From sequence record NC_010821.1: a stretch of DNA of 64,000 bases; one strand, written 5' to 3'. Position numbers and translations under genes: made by a program. Of this stretch, positions 20,001 to 31,032 are shown piece by piece. Each line of letters opens with the position of its first letter. Position 1 is the stretch's first letter. Below the pieces are notes generated by a model, which worked only from the letters and a program-made list of their open reading frames with translations, searched no databases and was not told the DNA's origin.

Positions 20001-23000
20001 GGTAACTTAGTATTAACGGCTAAAGAGTTTGCTAACGGTCTTTGGTCTAAACGTACTGGTAAACGATACCGTCCGACTAAGGGGTTGTCTAAATTACTTG
20101 CCCTTGCAAAAGGCGCATCAAAGTTCTCTGGAACTAATGCCACATCAATGGGCTTTGCTGCCATGAAGTTTGCAGGTAAAGCAGCACTAGGTGTAGCTTC
20201 CGCAGCATTTAACTTTGTAATGGATAACCAGAATGCATACCTTCCAGGTGAACCTGTTCCGGTAATCACTCGTCGGCAATTGCAGGCTGGTGAATATTAC
20301 GATGACAAAGGTAAAACCATCGAAGACTTCGCAGACGTTTATTCTCCTATTTACAATGCTCAAGGTGAGGCAGTAATTGCACCAGAGTTATATAAACAGT
20401 TGACTAACTTCGACGGGTCTAAACACGTACTGGCTAAGAACCGTCGTATCTGGGCTAAATTCATCATGCGTCCTATCCGGGCTGTTCGTGATGCTTATAT
20501 GCGTCAAACCAAACGCTATTACAAATGGCTTGGTAAGACGACAGCGAAAGCGGGAGGTTGGTTAGGCGGTAAATTGTTTGGTGGCTTTGCTAAGAGGGGT
20601 AGTAACCTCTTAGGTTCTGCTTTTGATAGCGTAGAAGATCCAAACACCAAAGCGCAGATCGATGCAACATTAATGGCTTCGCAGCAACAGACTTCTGTAA
20701 TGGAACAAGTGTTGCAGGCTATTCAGGACCTTAAACCAAAAGAGCTTCGTAAGGGTAGTTGGCAAGAACAAGCTGCTCGCAAGATGGGGCTTGGTTCAAA
20801 AGATCCTAAAGCTGCTGGCAAAGACGGCGATGAGAAACAAGCCGGATTCCTTAAACGTGGGTTAGCTGGTTTGGCATCAATGCTTGGCCTTGGTAATAAA
20901 GGTGAGGACGATGACGATGATGGATTCGGTCTTGAGGATGCAGCTGACTTAGCTGACATCGGTGATGCTGCTGGTAATGCTCGTGAACGGGGACGTAGAC
21001 GTCGCGGCGGTAAGCGCGGTTGGTTCGGTCGTATGTGGGACAAAGCCAAAGGTTCCAAGCTCGGTAAGTGGGGTGGTGGTCTGGTCGAGAAAGCGGGTCA
21101 GTCTCGTCTTGGTCAGATGGCCGGTCGTGGCCTAGCCATGGCTGGTGAATCGGCAGCGGGTCGTGCTGGTCTTGGTGTGGTTACTCAGGTAGCTAAGCGT
21201 CCAACGCTCTGGACGGCGGTTGCAGCGGCTTCCGTTGGTATGGGTGCTTACCTATACTCCAGTATCAAAAGCTCGTCTGGTGAGTTCCGTAGACTGCGTC
21301 TGGCACAATACGGTATCCGTGGGATGCGTCGTGAACTGAAGGTACTTGAGCTGGAAGCACTCCTTGAGAAATACACTGACAAGAACTCTGATTCACCGTC
21401 GTTCAGCCTTAATGGTGCCGGGGCTAAAGACATCTTGAGTATCATGGGTATTGATCTGGATAACCAAGCCGAGGTACAGAACTTTGCTAAGTGGCTTGAC
21501 CTGCGTTTTAAACCTGTTTATCTTGCGTGGATCGGTGGTCTTAATAAGATCGGTCAATCTCAGGTTAAGATAAATGAGATCGATGACAAAGTTCCTAAAG
21601 AACTCAAAGCCGACTTGTTGGACTCGGTACGGTTCCCTTACAATGGTGATACCCCATACGCTGTTTTGGTTAACCCATTTGATCCAGATGATACCCCAGA
21701 ACCTAACGCTGAATACATCTCCAAGATGTTCGATGAACTGAAAGCTGAGTACGATCCTGAAAGGAAAGCTGCTGAAGCCAAAGTTGATAAGAAAGGTGAT
21801 GGTAAAGGGACGATGGAGAAAGCGGCTGCTGCTGGTACTATTGGCACTGCTGTTGCAACTGGGAACGCGGCTAAAGACTTGGTAACCAAACAAGCTGCTG
21901 CCGGCGACAAGAACAGTGATGTACTGAAGACTCCTTTGGCCGCTACGGCTGCCGCAGCGTCGAGTATGTCAGGGACAATCGCAAACCTGAACGAACGTAT
22001 CGGTAACTCCATCACGGGGCTCCAAGCGATTCGTATGCGTGCTTACGGTGTACAGACGTTGCATTTGTCTGACGTACGTAGCTTACTGGCTTTGGAAGCG
22101 GTATATGCCAAAGACCTGACTGCGGTAGATGGTGTCGTTGACTACAATGGTGACGAATCTAAACTGCTTGCAGCCGCAGGTGCGTTGTTAGGTAAGGATA
22201 CATCGGTTGGTTCAAGTGATCGTCCTAAACTCTACAACTGGTTGGTTCAACGTTTTGGTCCAACATTCCGTGCCTACTACGGTACAGCTAAAGGTTTAAA
22301 TCCTTCTGCTGAACTTAAGTCTATGGAATCCAAGTTAAGTGGTGCTGATAAAGTAACTGTAGGTCAAGCCGTAATGGGTGCGGTCTATCGTCACGATCAA
22401 ACAGTGTGGGATAGTGAAAGTATCTTTGATGTTAAAGGTCCTTTGTCAGATCTTAAGCGTTTGGCTGATGCCGACTTAGAACAACTGCGGAAAGACTCTG
22501 CGAAGGAAGTCATTGACTCTCCAACCCAGAAAGGTTCCGATCAGATGGCTGGTAAGAATGCTGCTGAAACTGGTGGCAGTTTTGCTGACAAAGTCGTAGG
22601 TACTATCAAAGACACTTGGAACAAAACCACTGAGACTGTATCCGGTGCTTGGAACCGGGCATCTGACGCTGCGCAGGATACATATGCCGGTGCTAAGATT
22701 GCTATCGGTATGGGTCCTGACTACGGTGAGGGTGGTGCCAAAGGTGGTGCTGTTAAATCCACGGGTACAGGCGGCACAATGCTTTCGGGTACAGGTGGTA
22801 AGTTTGAGGAACTCCCTTATCCTTCTGCTAACGGTTCTATCAAAGCAGCATACCCAACTTTGTTGGCTGCTGGTAAGATGACTGGTGTACCGGTAGACTG
22901 GTTGACAGTGATTGCAGGTATTGAATCTAACTTTAACTACGATATCAAAGCATCAACCTCCAGTGCAACTGGTTGGTATCAGTTTATCGACAGTACTTGG

Positions 23001-24020
23001 GATCAGGTAGTTAAACAGTACGGTGCCAAATACGGTATCCCTGGGAAACAAGCTGACCCTGAGCGTAAAGCCCGTAAAGACCCTCGTGCCAGTGCCCTGA
23101 TGGGTGCCGAGTTCATTAAGGCTAACTACGCCACTGTTAGTAAAGGTATTGGTCGTAATGACTTAACTGATACTGATATCTACATGGCTCACTTCTTAGG
23201 TCCAGGTGGGGCAATCAAGTTCCTTAAAGCTGATCCTAACGCAATGGCTTACAAGATCTTCAGCAAAGAATACTCGGCTAACATGGCGATCTTCTTTGTG
23301 AACAGTAAACCTTCTCAACCGCGTACCATTTCTGACGTCTATAAGCTATTCCAAGCTAAGATGGATAAGTTCTGGAATACTGTTGGTAAAGGTTACCGTC
23401 AGGGTTCTGGTGAGTCACCGAGTAATACGGCCAACGCCGATGCTCAAACTCCGGGCGCTGTAGAGAATAGCCAAACTGCTGATGAAGCTGCAATGAAGGA
23501 TAAACTGAAAGCCGAGGCCTCTAACAAAGACGGTATGGGTTCTGACACTAAGGGTGAACAACCTGCTGGTGGCAACAGTGATATCAAACAAGGTGATGGT
23601 ACTGGTTCAGTTCAGTCCTTAGCCCGCAACACTGCTCCAATGCCGGGTGCTCCTGCAACTGGTGGCGGTAGTAGCTCTTCGGTTAGTAACACTGGTACTG
23701 ACTCGGGTGCAGGTACAGCTGACTCGCAACAGCAAGCTCAGCTAGATGCAGCTCAAGCTCAGAATACTCGTCGTGCAGCGGAAGTAAAACGTGATCAGAA
23801 TGTGGCGGCGGATGTTAATGACATCCAAGTTCGGCAACTGAATACACTGTTTGAAATCCGTGACCTGACACAACTCCAATTGGATAACTCCAAAGATTTG
23901 TTGAAGGCATTCACTGGCGGTCAATCGGCAGGTGGGCAAGGTTCAGGTAATAATATGAATCCGTCTACGATGCAGGGTCGTCCAGCTGCCCAGCGTGAAA
24001 GCAGTGTGACACTACGCTAA
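17007..24020 (+). CDS. tail tape-measure protein with lytic transglycosylase domain (phiKZ gp181-like)
   Basis: 2337 aa, helical and A/G-rich; SLT motifs [33 protein letters not shown] near the C-terminus. Confidence 0.88.
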   Translation: MAKKSVPLRKPAGSDGQGNIKVPGGPVVLDLGDFDDIFGPMESESPKQGPLGQFYTGLKDSLSDRFKTKDIVRNFLRSAAPDGISNVMGFADEAMAVTRDIKESLERTNAADLQYIAKKAQQILPQVKDYVSEDTYNNISEGLENKIDEYDYTIQSGRDQTAIRRARQEESDSNQIKAAMDNIALTERLNHNKSEQAANARHNQSRAENSIRDVLTTKRFDFMAKSMGMAVDSLQRLAGYNEQVDYGFQRKGLELQFRSYLGIKELVKLSEAHLELNARAYNSIVRNTALADHQKTNRKDLGQIGNGQSNSRGFASNAARAIGGKTLSQFYGNYSGNVQSRVTDSLSQKLGMAVQAIKMGEAGPNLWDNKYSFAGGIAGDFLSDFLLNDLVPMMGREARSPLTKLSNKYGGRHNQAGYLMDNMPAFMQEFVNNNQNQHGWKGSIRNLIAPYVPQFGLQDRLQNGTFQTIDQHAAFNQATQRSIVDAIPGYLARILQEMRMIRTGSDQVAREVFDMTTGKFGVEANMHDNIQNRILPENAVRSASATINDALNQIDKDGKLSAGARKALGERLLRDSSSNQRFDPEAYIRTRGYAQGTSPEVAAELEQHFRGQFEFDNKGKMADTAANHQLRQEFSQAFLDIRSISRDPIKEINRMINSGHTEPLRALGIIVTEKGYDRINYPRIWEILRSGVTGHNPYAPGGDGNDPNTIDRSGEAGHKSFMGPQHPGLVKAFAANKLDAFRTKYAPEEQAARDAMAKHLKAMRGRFGSASKNVQETFADLTGGKGTDYTPGIQSFSKMMSAGPGFGPQNLGGGYSSFVGQAVDDHKDSMQGYVANGMQQLTDLYSSFDPTQPVIKGIDFSMGDLIDINTKKIITKPSDITGEVINRLGQTVVTATEAAAGLLSPKGEVIVKAVEAGAAAISKAIGLNRKTNQSESSTDNESTDPNGAEQLNKQDWSLGPGENPIITARGMLNGDYRDAAGKIIDSIADISSDVYDKTGNLVLTAKEFANGLWSKRTGKRYRPTKGLSKLLALAKGASKFSGTNATSMGFAAMKFAGKAALGVASAAFNFVMDNQNAYLPGEPVPVITRRQLQAGEYYDDKGKTIEDFADVYSPIYNAQGEAVIAPELYKQLTNFDGSKHVLAKNRRIWAKFIMRPIRAVRDAYMRQTKRYYKWLGKTTAKAGGWLGGKLFGGFAKRGSNLLGSAFDSVEDPNTKAQIDATLMASQQQTSVMEQVLQAIQDLKPKELRKGSWQEQAARKMGLGSKDPKAAGKDGDEKQAGFLKRGLAGLASMLGLGNKGEDDDDDGFGLEDAADLADIGDAAGNARERGRRRRGGKRGWFGRMWDKAKGSKLGKWGGGLVEKAGQSRLGQMAGRGLAMAGESAAGRAGLGVVTQVAKRPTLWTAVAAASVGMGAYLYSSIKSSSGEFRRLRLAQYGIRGMRRELKVLELEALLEKYTDKNSDSPSFSLNGAGAKDILSIMGIDLDNQAEVQNFAKWLDLRFKPVYLAWIGGLNKIGQSQVKINEIDDKVPKELKADLLDSVRFPYNGDTPYAVLVNPFDPDDTPEPNAEYISKMFDELKAEYDPERKAAEAKVDKKGDGKGTMEKAAAAGTIGTAVATGNAAKDLVTKQAAAGDKNSDVLKTPLAATAAAASSMSGTIANLNERIGNSITGLQAIRMRAYGVQTLHLSDVRSLLALEAVYAKDLTAVDGVVDYNGDESKLLAAAGALLGKDTSVGSSDRPKLYNWLVQRFGPTFRAYYGTAKGLNPSAELKSMESKLSGADKVTVGQAVMGAVYRHDQTVWDSESIFDVKGPLSDLKRLADADLEQLRKDSAKEVIDSPTQKGSDQMAGKNAAETGGSFADKVVGTIKDTWNKTTETVSGAWNRASDAAQDTYAGAKIAIGMGPDYGEGGAKGGAVKSTGTGGTMLSGTGGKFEELPYPSANGSIKAAYPTLLAAGKMTGVPVDWLTVIAGIESNFNYDIKASTSSATGWYQFIDSTWDQVVKQYGAKYGIPGKQADPERKARKDPRASALMGAEFIKANYATVSKGIGRNDLTDTDIYMAHFLGPGGAIKFLKADPNAMAYKIFSKEYSANMAIFFVNSKPSQPRTISDVYKLFQAKMDKFWNTVGKGYRQGSGESPSNTANADAQTPGAVENSQTADEAAMKDKLKAEASNKDGMGSDTKGEQPAGGNSDIKQGDGTGSVQSLARNTAPMPGAPATGGGSSSSVSNTGTDSGAGTADSQQQAQLDAAQAQNTRRAAEVKRDQNVAADVNDIQVRQLNTLFEIRDLTQLQLDNSKDLLKAFTGGQSAGGQGSGNNMNPSTMQGRPAAQRESSVTLR

Positions 24021-24023
24021 CAC

Positions 24024-24047
24024 TAGCCGGTCCTTCGGGACCGGCTA
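24024..24047 (+). terminator. hairpin terminator, UUCG loop
   Basis: tagccggtcc-ttcg-ggaccggcta. Confidence 0.7.
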
Positions 24048-24070
24048 TTATTCCTTTCGAGGTTACAATA

Positions 24071-26071
24071 ATGGCCGAAGACTTACAACCCATCTGGCTA
24101 CGGAAAGCTTTCATGCTTCCAGTCAGTTATGATAAACGGAGTTATGGTTCTGGCGCAAAGCGTCGGGGCGCTAACTCAGCAGCATTCAAATTTACAAACA
24201 CATCCCCAGGCGGTAGCTTCCCAATCAACATGTTGCCCCAGTACACTCGTTATGCCGATATACGCGTACCGAGTCGTGGTCGTAGTCACAGTGATCGATT
24301 CCTAGGTATGGGTCGATACTACTCCGAGGCACATGACGACACCAAACAAGAAATTCACATGTCATTCGGCGTACCACGATTTAGTAGTTGGACGAGTTTC
24401 TTCACCAACTTCTACGATCGCAGTGCCGCGGCAATGGCTAACACGGGTGCAGGTACTGGACTGTGGTACAACTTAGGTAACGCGGCTGGTCTTTTAGTAT
24501 CGCTACCAGCACAGCCATTCATCTTGGGTTTGACGGGTACGATGCGAGTGATTAACTTCCTCACTCAGTCTCAGCCTTCTAAATGGTTCTACTTCAAACC
24601 TACAATGCACACGTACTGGTCCAGTGTTAACACCCTAGCTAACGAATTTGCAATCGGCCTAGGGATCACACCGTGGTTCTGGGCTAAAGAAGATGACCAG
24701 TTGGCCACACCGGGTGAGAAAGTAACAAAAGCTGACCTTGCCGAAATTAGTCGTATCTTCCCAACATTGTTTAGACCTGATGGTGGTGTGGATGTAATGG
24801 CACTGTCAGGCCGTGCTCAACGTATGTCCGATGCTTCACAGAAGTCTACTAAGGCTTTGATGGAGAAAGCGCGTACTATCGATGAACTGAATGCCGCCAC
24901 TGAGAAAGCAATGTCTCAGCCGGTAGAAGACCCTAACCCTGGGATCGATGCTCGAACTTACTTCCTTAACTACGTTGACACCATTGATAAGAAAGCTAGT
25001 GAAGACCCAACCGGTATTATCGATAACGAATTCTTCTCAAGCTGGTCTGACCTACAGCACATGTACAAATACATCGTGGGCGCTCAGCACGATGGTCAGC
25101 AGTTTGTTACCTTACGAGCTGACTATAATGGCGAGGTATCTGAAAGCTTTAGTAACTCTACCAAAGAAGTTGGCGTTGTACAAACCCTGAACACAAAAGT
25201 GAACGAAGGTCGTTCAGCAGCATTTAACTTCATGGGTGGTAACATTACTGAAGGCGTTGGCGCAATGACGGGTATGATTGCCGACTTTGTAACGGGTGCT
25301 CTAGATTCGGTAAACCTAGGTGGCTTGAGTGTTCTTACTGGTTCGGCATTCGTAGACGTTCCCGAGTACTGGGACTCTGCAATGGCCAGTCTACCAACTG
25401 CACAATACACGATCCCATTGATTACACCTTACGGTAACGTGATCTCACGCTTCCTCAATATCTATCTGCCGTTGGCGATGATTCTCCCTATGGGTCTACC
25501 ACGTTCAGCGGGCCGTTCTTCGTACACTGCCCCATTCTTGGTACAGATGTTCCATAAAGGCCGGGTACAACGTCAACTAGGGATTGTGGATTCTATTCAG
25601 ATCCGTCGTGGTACTGGTAACGTAGGCTGGAACGCTAACCACGAGATGTTAGGTTGTGAGGTAACCATTGGTGTTAAAGACCTGTCTAAGATCATGCATA
25701 TTCCTATTAAGGGTGGCTTCGCTTCCCCTAGCTGGATTGGCACTGGCGCTAGATGGGCTACAGCAACGGGCGCAGAGGCCGTTGTGAGTGCTGCTGGTGG
25801 TAACGGTGATGCTGGTATCGGCGCAGCCTTGGCGTTGACTGACGGTGCTGTGTGGGACGAACAATCCCTATTTAACGATTACGTTGCTACGTTGTGTTCT
25901 CAAAGTTGGAGTGATTTGTATTACGCAGGTAAACGGCTTAACTTGAACTTGACTCGAACAGTACAGTCATTTAAATCATGGCGTTCTCCATCTAACTTCG
26001 CTTCGTGGGTACTGGATGGTGATGTTGCACGTACGTTGTCTGCATTCGTACAAACGACTTCGCGATTCTAA
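24071..26071 (+). CDS. virion structural (tail/baseplate) protein, phiKZ gp182-like
   Basis: 666 aa directly after the tape measure; assigned by synteny. Confidence 0.65.
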   Translation: MAEDLQPIWLRKAFMLPVSYDKRSYGSGAKRRGANSAAFKFTNTSPGGSFPINMLPQYTRYADIRVPSRGRSHSDRFLGMGRYYSEAHDDTKQEIHMSFGVPRFSSWTSFFTNFYDRSAAAMANTGAGTGLWYNLGNAAGLLVSLPAQPFILGLTGTMRVINFLTQSQPSKWFYFKPTMHTYWSSVNTLANEFAIGLGITPWFWAKEDDQLATPGEKVTKADLAEISRIFPTLFRPDGGVDVMALSGRAQRMSDASQKSTKALMEKARTIDELNAATEKAMSQPVEDPNPGIDARTYFLNYVDTIDKKASEDPTGIIDNEFFSSWSDLQHMYKYIVGAQHDGQQFVTLRADYNGEVSESFSNSTKEVGVVQTLNTKVNEGRSAAFNFMGGNITEGVGAMTGMIADFVTGALDSVNLGGLSVLTGSAFVDVPEYWDSAMASLPTAQYTIPLITPYGNVISRFLNIYLPLAMILPMGLPRSAGRSSYTAPFLVQMFHKGRVQRQLGIVDSIQIRRGTGNVGWNANHEMLGCEVTIGVKDLSKIMHIPIKGGFASPSWIGTGARWATATGAEAVVSAAGGNGDAGIGAALALTDGAVWDEQSLFNDYVATLCSQSWSDLYYAGKRLNLNLTRTVQSFKSWRSPSNFASWVLDGDVARTLSAFVQTTSRF

Positions 26072-26079
26072 AAATTACT

Positions 26080-26115
26080 GGGGTGGTAGATTCTACAGAG
26101 GATCTACCGTCCCCT
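26080..26115 (+). terminator. hairpin after the gp182-like gene
   Basis: ggggtggtagatt...gatctaccgtcccc followed by ttaactttt. Confidence 0.5.
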
Positions 26116-26145
26116 TAACTTTTATTCCCCATCGAGGATGCAATA

Positions 26146-26634
26146 ATGTTTAAACAGTTTATCTTGTGGTTGGTAACTAAGTTACTGACCCCGCGTGATC
26201 GCCTGCAACTTGTAGTGGATGATGGCTTCCTGGCCAACCCTCGTCGCACTATTGACAACCTTTACCATGTGGCCCACTCTAATAAACACGGTGTAAAATT
26301 CGAATCATTTGACCGTGTATCGGCAAAGCGGCTATCTGAATTCGATATCTCTGGGTCTGTCTATATAGCCGTACTGTTTGCCTTACATGACAAACTTATT
26401 GCATGCACTGGCGGCAGTTGTTTTGAAGAGGAGGTTCGCAACTTCTTCCATAAAGTGAACACTATTAAAGGTCATGGTAACCGTCTGAAGGTTAGTAAAG
26501 ATCTTTTCGAGTTGGTACGCAAAGAGACCCTGTTTGCCAACGAGCAAGATATTAATCTGGTAGCGCATGTATTGCAGCACCAGTACATCGACACTGAAGC
26601 AACTACTAAATTCCTCACTAACACTGGAGTGTAA
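26146..26634 (+). CDS. hypothetical protein
   Basis: 162 aa, GAGG RBS. Confidence 0.7.
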   Translation: MFKQFILWLVTKLLTPRDRLQLVVDDGFLANPRRTIDNLYHVAHSNKHGVKFESFDRVSAKRLSEFDISGSVYIAVLFALHDKLIACTGGSCFEEEVRNFFHKVNTIKGHGNRLKVSKDLFELVRKETLFANEQDINLVAHVLQHQYIDTEATTKFLTNTGV

Positions 26635-26637
26635 CCC

Positions 26638-27162
26638 ATGAGCCTTATCCAATCGATTGCCAAAACTATCTACACCACCTTCGTTCCTGAGAACGTGCGT
26701 CAAGAAGAAGCTACAGCTATTCTGTCCGATAACAACCGTGCTAGTATGGCGTTGTCTTACATCGGTAAAGAAGCGGCTACGCTCGATCACAGCTCGCAGG
26801 AATACAAACGTGCCTTGGGTGCAGCTGAAGCTCTGGTACTACTGCACAACCGTGCGTCTAGCTTTACTCAGATGTGCCGTAGTATGGTACGCCGTACTTC
26901 CACAGATTCGTACTACGTTACTGCTGTTCTGGGTAACCTGGTTTATAAAACTGAATCGTTGGCATCTGGTCAAACCTCTACCCAAGGTGGTGAAGCTGAT
27001 AAACTGCTGAAAGCTATCGCCGTTGAAGTAGCTGCTGCGAAAGAAGAGAAGTCTTTCATCAAACGTCGTAGCATTATCCGCAATGCGGTTAAGCGTGAGC
27101 TCCCAACGATGACTGCTGACGACCTGAGTCTGGCCGTTGAATTGATCCTCAATAATGTGTAA
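26638..27162 (+). CDS. hypothetical protein
   Basis: 174 aa, GGAG RBS. Confidence 0.7.
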   Translation: MSLIQSIAKTIYTTFVPENVRQEEATAILSDNNRASMALSYIGKEAATLDHSSQEYKRALGAAEALVLLHNRASSFTQMCRSMVRRTSTDSYYVTAVLGNLVYKTESLASGQTSTQGGEADKLLKAIAVEVAAAKEEKSFIKRRSIIRNAVKRELPTMTADDLSLAVELILNNV

Positions 27163-27183
27163 TTCACTATAAAGGATTCTTTA

Positions 27184-27783
27184 ATGGAAAGTATTATCAC
27201 TGGCCTTACTTGGGCCAAAGGTCTTGAGTCCGCTGACGGCGTAGCTCAGGTAGTAGATGTAAAAGAAGCTAAGTCTCACATTGACATTGATGACGTCGAT
27301 CAAAACGATGTTAAAGATGAAGACACTGAGACCCTACCTAATACCGATGGTGGTGATGAAGTTAAGGTTGCTACTGACCATGACGTGGTCTCGGCTGAAT
27401 CGGCGACAGTAGTGTCTGGTGATGAAGGCGGTAAAGTGATCGAGGCCATGTCCGTCGATCCTATCTCTGGTGCAGCTAAGCGGTTTGTGATCTCGGGCTT
27501 TAATGCCCAGACTAACCCAGCTGCCGAGCCGGGTGATAACCTGCTGAGTCTGGTAATCCTGTTGCAGAACGGTATTATCCCAGAAGTAGGTGTTAACGGT
27601 GTTACATGTGAAGACCTTCTGAAAGTAGTCGAGGAAGTTTTCGTAAGCTTCCAAGAAGGTAAGTTCGCATGTGAAGAAAACGAGGAAGTCCTCCAAGGTG
27701 TACGTATGGCACAAGCAGCCATTACTAAACGCCTGCTTCGTCGTGAATCCCAAGGTACCGAAGGGACCTACAAAGGTAACTGA
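27184..27783 (+). CDS. Tad1-like anti-defence signal-sponge domain with an acidic N-terminal extension
   Basis: C-terminal LQNG...NGV..EDLL.VV....SFQEGKFACEEN.........KRLLRRESQGTEGT matches the Tad1 pattern FQKG..HGV..DLL.IV.DRL.SFQAGPF..REN......RR..DR..R.V.GT as recalled. Confidence 0.75.
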   Translation: MESIITGLTWAKGLESADGVAQVVDVKEAKSHIDIDDVDQNDVKDEDTETLPNTDGGDEVKVATDHDVVSAESATVVSGDEGGKVIEAMSVDPISGAAKRFVISGFNAQTNPAAEPGDNLLSLVILLQNGIIPEVGVNGVTCEDLLKVVEEVFVSFQEGKFACEENEEVLQGVRMAQAAITKRLLRRESQGTEGTYKGN

Positions 27784-27789
27784 CATAAC

Positions 27790-27816
27790 GCCCTTCCTTC
27801 GGGAAGGGCTTTATTT
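27790..27816 (+). terminator. intrinsic terminator ending the late unit
   Basis: gcccttcc-ttcg-ggaagggc followed by tttattt. Confidence 0.75.
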
Positions 27817-27825
27817 CGTAGTAGA

Positions 27826-27847
27826 AAATATTTGAGATTTATATTAC
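27826..27847 (+). promoter_or_regulatory. early promoter
   Basis: aaatatttgagatttatattac containing TATATTAC. Confidence 0.7.
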
Positions 27848-27882
27848 TGCTATGTATTCTAAACTAGATGTAAGAATAACCC

Positions 27883-28005
27883 ATGATTGAGGAAATGCGG
27901 TCTGTCCCACCTGAACCAAGTCATGTTCCAGAACTACCGATGTCACCATTACGGCGGTGGTTACTGAAACTCAAATATAAACTGCGGAGTTTATTCAATG
28001 CGTAA
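27883..28005 (+). CDS. small basic amphipathic peptide (40 aa), absent from the ORF track
   Basis: MIEEMRSVPPEPSHVPELPMSPLRRWLLKLKYKLRSLFNA; overlaps the next ATG. Confidence 0.45.
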   Translation: MIEEMRSVPPEPSHVPELPMSPLRRWLLKLKYKLRSLFNA

Positions 28006-28489
28006 TTGTCCTACCGGATATTGTGGTGACCCTTGTTTGTGCAAAGGTGCGCTCGATCATCTCAGTCGTAGCGATGCCAAAGACATGTTGCGTCTGGCTG
28101 ATAATCGCATTAAAGCCATTGATGCAAAAGCGGCTAGTGAGAAACATGGCGAAACCCTCGTACCGTATGCGGCTATTGAGGTAGTACTGTGTGCACTCAA
28201 GTATAACGGTGGCATTGTCAAATGCAACGAGTTATTGCATCGAGTGTTACTGACCAAGCCAACTGACCGAATTGAAACTATATCTGGTATCAAATCGGTT
28301 CTACTGGACGTTGAGGGTGATCCAATCTTCAAGGCCGGTAATGTACCTGAAACTAATACTCGTATCAGGTTCGAGGTATTGCAATGGGGTGATACCGTTG
28401 GGGTATCTGTAGACTGCGAAGGCGGTTACATTCAAGAAGCCTACACCAAACTCAACTACACAACTGTTTTTCTACCAGAGGGTCTTTAA
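27998..28489 (+). CDS. hypothetical protein
   Basis: 163-aa ORF, N-terminal Cys cluster. Confidence 0.65.
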   Translation: MRNCPTGYCGDPCLCKGALDHLSRSDAKDMLRLADNRIKAIDAKAASEKHGETLVPYAAIEVVLCALKYNGGIVKCNELLHRVLLTKPTDRIETISGIKSVLLDVEGDPIFKAGNVPETNTRIRFEVLQWGDTVGVSVDCEGGYIQEAYTKLNYTTVFLPEGL

Positions 28490-29710
28490 ATGAGCGTTGT
28501 AAACTATTCGGACTTGGTCCAACTGTTCCCATCCGACGTTTTGGTGCAAATGGCTGAAGCTATCACCGTTGAGTTACGTAATCGGAATACCAGCCATAAT
28601 AGTACTAAACTGGAAGATCTCCGTGAGCGCTATGGTGCCGATGGTAACCGTCTACTGCAACTCCCAGTGTCAGGTTATCATGAACATATGTTAAACCAGT
28701 TTGGTATGGGCGTGCCTGGCCAAATGAACCTACCTCCGGTTAACTACAATCAGGTACCACAGGCTAGTTTCGGCAGCGTACAAACTGCGTATGAACTCAA
28801 CGATCTTCCTTTCAGCACTACGTTCGATATCGACTTCAATAAGTTCGTGTATCGTCCGACTGGACACGGTCTGAAGTCGTTGCAGGAGTTGTTCGGTAGC
28901 TCACTGATTGAAGAAGTGCGTCGTCTGGCTAACGATGACATGGAGATCTTTATCGACCCAACGCTGCTGCCTAACGGTCAGGTGCATCTGCATAACGCGC
29001 CTATTGGTTCGACTATTACCATCGCAGCTACGTTGCGTCAACTGGTAGACTGGTATAACGGTCTTCCTCCAGTACTGGAAGAAAGCGTTGTAGTGGAACC
29101 ACTTCGTTACATTGGTGGTTGGAGTGTCCATGGTGACCAAAACCAACTCCTGCTGGAATACGATGGTAAGTCTCTGGAAGCCGAAGGTGAGATTAACGGT
29201 AATCAGGTGAAAGGTGTTCCATTCAGAGCCAACCGTACTATCCAGTTGATCCCAAACTCCAACATACCTGAGTTGATGGAACAAGGGCGGATCAATGTAG
29301 GGGCGACGATTGAGCGGCTTCCAGCGATTAAGTCGGTGTATGTCGAAGTAGGTGGCCATATGCTCCGCGCTGTGACTAAGACTAACCCAACTGCACAATT
29401 CCAACCATCCCTGGAAAGCACTCTTTTCAAACTACTGGATATGCGCCTCGGTATTGAACTCAAAGCTGGCATGACTGATTGCTTTGGTGAGATTATTGAG
29501 TGGAGTCATCTGCTGGGTGATGAGACCATCACGCTCGACCTCACCTTGGCTGCACGGTATAATCCAGATCGAGCTGAAATCGTTACCACGACTACGCCAG
29601 TTGAATTTATTCATAACGGTCCTAAAGGATCGTACCTGAGTTCACTGCTCTCGATGCCTAACTGTGGTATCCTCGCATTCGATCTCAGCGCTGTAATCGA
29701 AACTAACTAA
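28490..29710 (+). CDS. hypothetical protein
   Basis: 406-aa ORF abutting the previous gene. Confidence 0.75.
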   Translation: MSVVNYSDLVQLFPSDVLVQMAEAITVELRNRNTSHNSTKLEDLRERYGADGNRLLQLPVSGYHEHMLNQFGMGVPGQMNLPPVNYNQVPQASFGSVQTAYELNDLPFSTTFDIDFNKFVYRPTGHGLKSLQELFGSSLIEEVRRLANDDMEIFIDPTLLPNGQVHLHNAPIGSTITIAATLRQLVDWYNGLPPVLEESVVVEPLRYIGGWSVHGDQNQLLLEYDGKSLEAEGEINGNQVKGVPFRANRTIQLIPNSNIPELMEQGRINVGATIERLPAIKSVYVEVGGHMLRAVTKTNPTAQFQPSLESTLFKLLDMRLGIELKAGMTDCFGEIIEWSHLLGDETITLDLTLAARYNPDRAEIVTTTTPVEFIHNGPKGSYLSSLLSMPNCGILAFDLSAVIETN

Positions 29711-29739
29711 TTCAAACACACTAGAAGGAAAACTGAAAA

Positions 29740-30150
29740 ATGGCTAAAGAACTCAAATCCCGTGGCTACGCTGAAGAACACAAACTGAACGAAGTATTCG
29801 TACTGAACGAAGCCAATGGTTTCGACGTACCGGCTGACGTTTATAACACTCTGGTTCTGGAACCAGCGGGTATTACACTGGACCAAGAGAAGAAGCGTGT
29901 TAAGCTGGAAGGCGAACTCCTGACCGGCGCACTGCTGGTAGGCGGCGAGCAAGTAGGTGATCGCTTCAAGACCGATACCAACCTGCAAGAAGTTAGCATG
30001 ACCATTCCAATGGGTCCTAACCGTACGGCATCGGCTATCTTTGGTCGTGGCGTTGAAACCGTAGTTCAGGTTCAGACTAAGATCGACACTGCTGAGATGA
30101 AGCGTGTGCTGGCACACGTGAACCACCTGTTCGAAGACGTGTCGAACTAA
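29740..30150 (+). CDS. hypothetical protein, probably highly expressed
   Basis: 136 aa, AGAAGG RBS, strong CTG/GAA/ACC/GGT codon bias, own terminator. Confidence 0.8.
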   Translation: MAKELKSRGYAEEHKLNEVFVLNEANGFDVPADVYNTLVLEPAGITLDQEKKRVKLEGELLTGALLVGGEQVGDRFKTDTNLQEVSMTIPMGPNRTASAIFGRGVETVVQVQTKIDTAEMKRVLAHVNHLFEDVSN

Positions 30151-30162
30151 GTCATTAAGACT

Positions 30163-30198
30163 GGGGGTCCCGAAAGGGACTCCCTTCTTATTATTTTT
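30163..30198 (+). terminator. intrinsic terminator, GAAA loop
   Basis: gggggtccc-gaaa-gggactccc plus a T-rich tract. Confidence 0.75.
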
Positions 30199-30213
30199 TT
30201 ACGTGGAAGTTTT

Positions 30214-30597
30214 ATGAATATCGAAGACTTTAAAAACTATCAGGAGTCTATCATTGAATTCTGCAAAGCAAACGACATCCGTGAATTCCCAGAAACGTAC
30301 TTTGTCTACCGTAAGCGCCTTGTTGAAATCGCTAATGATAAATCCATTGATAACACAGTGCGAATCAACGCCGCCGAGTTGCATAGTCAAATCAAGTGGA
30401 CCTTTAATGCTGTCTACGGTCGCGGCCTCGCTGATCAACTAAGGAAGTATCCAGAGTCGACCCTCTATGATAATGGACAGTGTTTGACTACACGTTGCCG
30501 TACTAAAGTGGTACAACTAGCTGAGCGCTTTGCATTTAAACCCCAACCTCTGGTGTTGGGTATCAAACATTACTGGGCGTTAAACAATGGGACTTGA
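30214..30597 (+). CDS. hypothetical protein
   Basis: 127-aa ORF. Confidence 0.7.
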   Translation: MNIEDFKNYQESIIEFCKANDIREFPETYFVYRKRLVEIANDKSIDNTVRINAAELHSQIKWTFNAVYGRGLADQLRKYPESTLYDNGQCLTTRCRTKVVQLAERFAFKPQPLVLGIKHYWALNNGT

Positions 30598-30955
30598 TAC
30601 AGACATCTATCGTGTTAATCGTAAGAAGGCTGAAGCGGCCATCTGCAAAAGTTATGATGGTACTAAAGAGTATATTGATTACTGGAGTATCACCGATGAC
30701 GTTGAATCAGTTTGCTACCAGCGTAAGAACTACTTTCTTCAAGGGCTACTCGAAGAACTTACTTGGAGTAACCAATGTGAGTATATCGAGTTAACTAAAC
30801 TCCATGTACACCACTTGGTGTACTGTATGCAGCAGCGATATAAATGGCAGAATAGTTTCGAACGAAAGCGCGCTGCGACGATAGTGAGGGATTTGAAACA
30901 AGTCCTCCATAACTTCGACTGGGATCGTGACATGCTAGTTTGGAACTGGTGCTAA
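30587..30955 (+). CDS. conserved phage protein of the MGLD..Y.RK.N type
   Basis: MGLDTDIY...YQRKNYFLQG pattern. Confidence 0.7.
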   Translation: MGLDTDIYRVNRKKAEAAICKSYDGTKEYIDYWSITDDVESVCYQRKNYFLQGLLEELTWSNQCEYIELTKLHVHHLVYCMQQRYKWQNSFERKRAATIVRDLKQVLHNFDWDRDMLVWNWC

Positions 30956-31032
30956 CGAAGTTTTACTAGTGTGATGAATATTGTAGGAGATCTACTCCTA
31001 CCAATTCTTAAATTTGTTATAAAGGTAATTCA

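Noticed and set aside
17007-24020. Tape-measure/lytic transglycosylase fusion as a novelty
   Set aside because: This is the known architecture of phiKZ gp181-like proteins.
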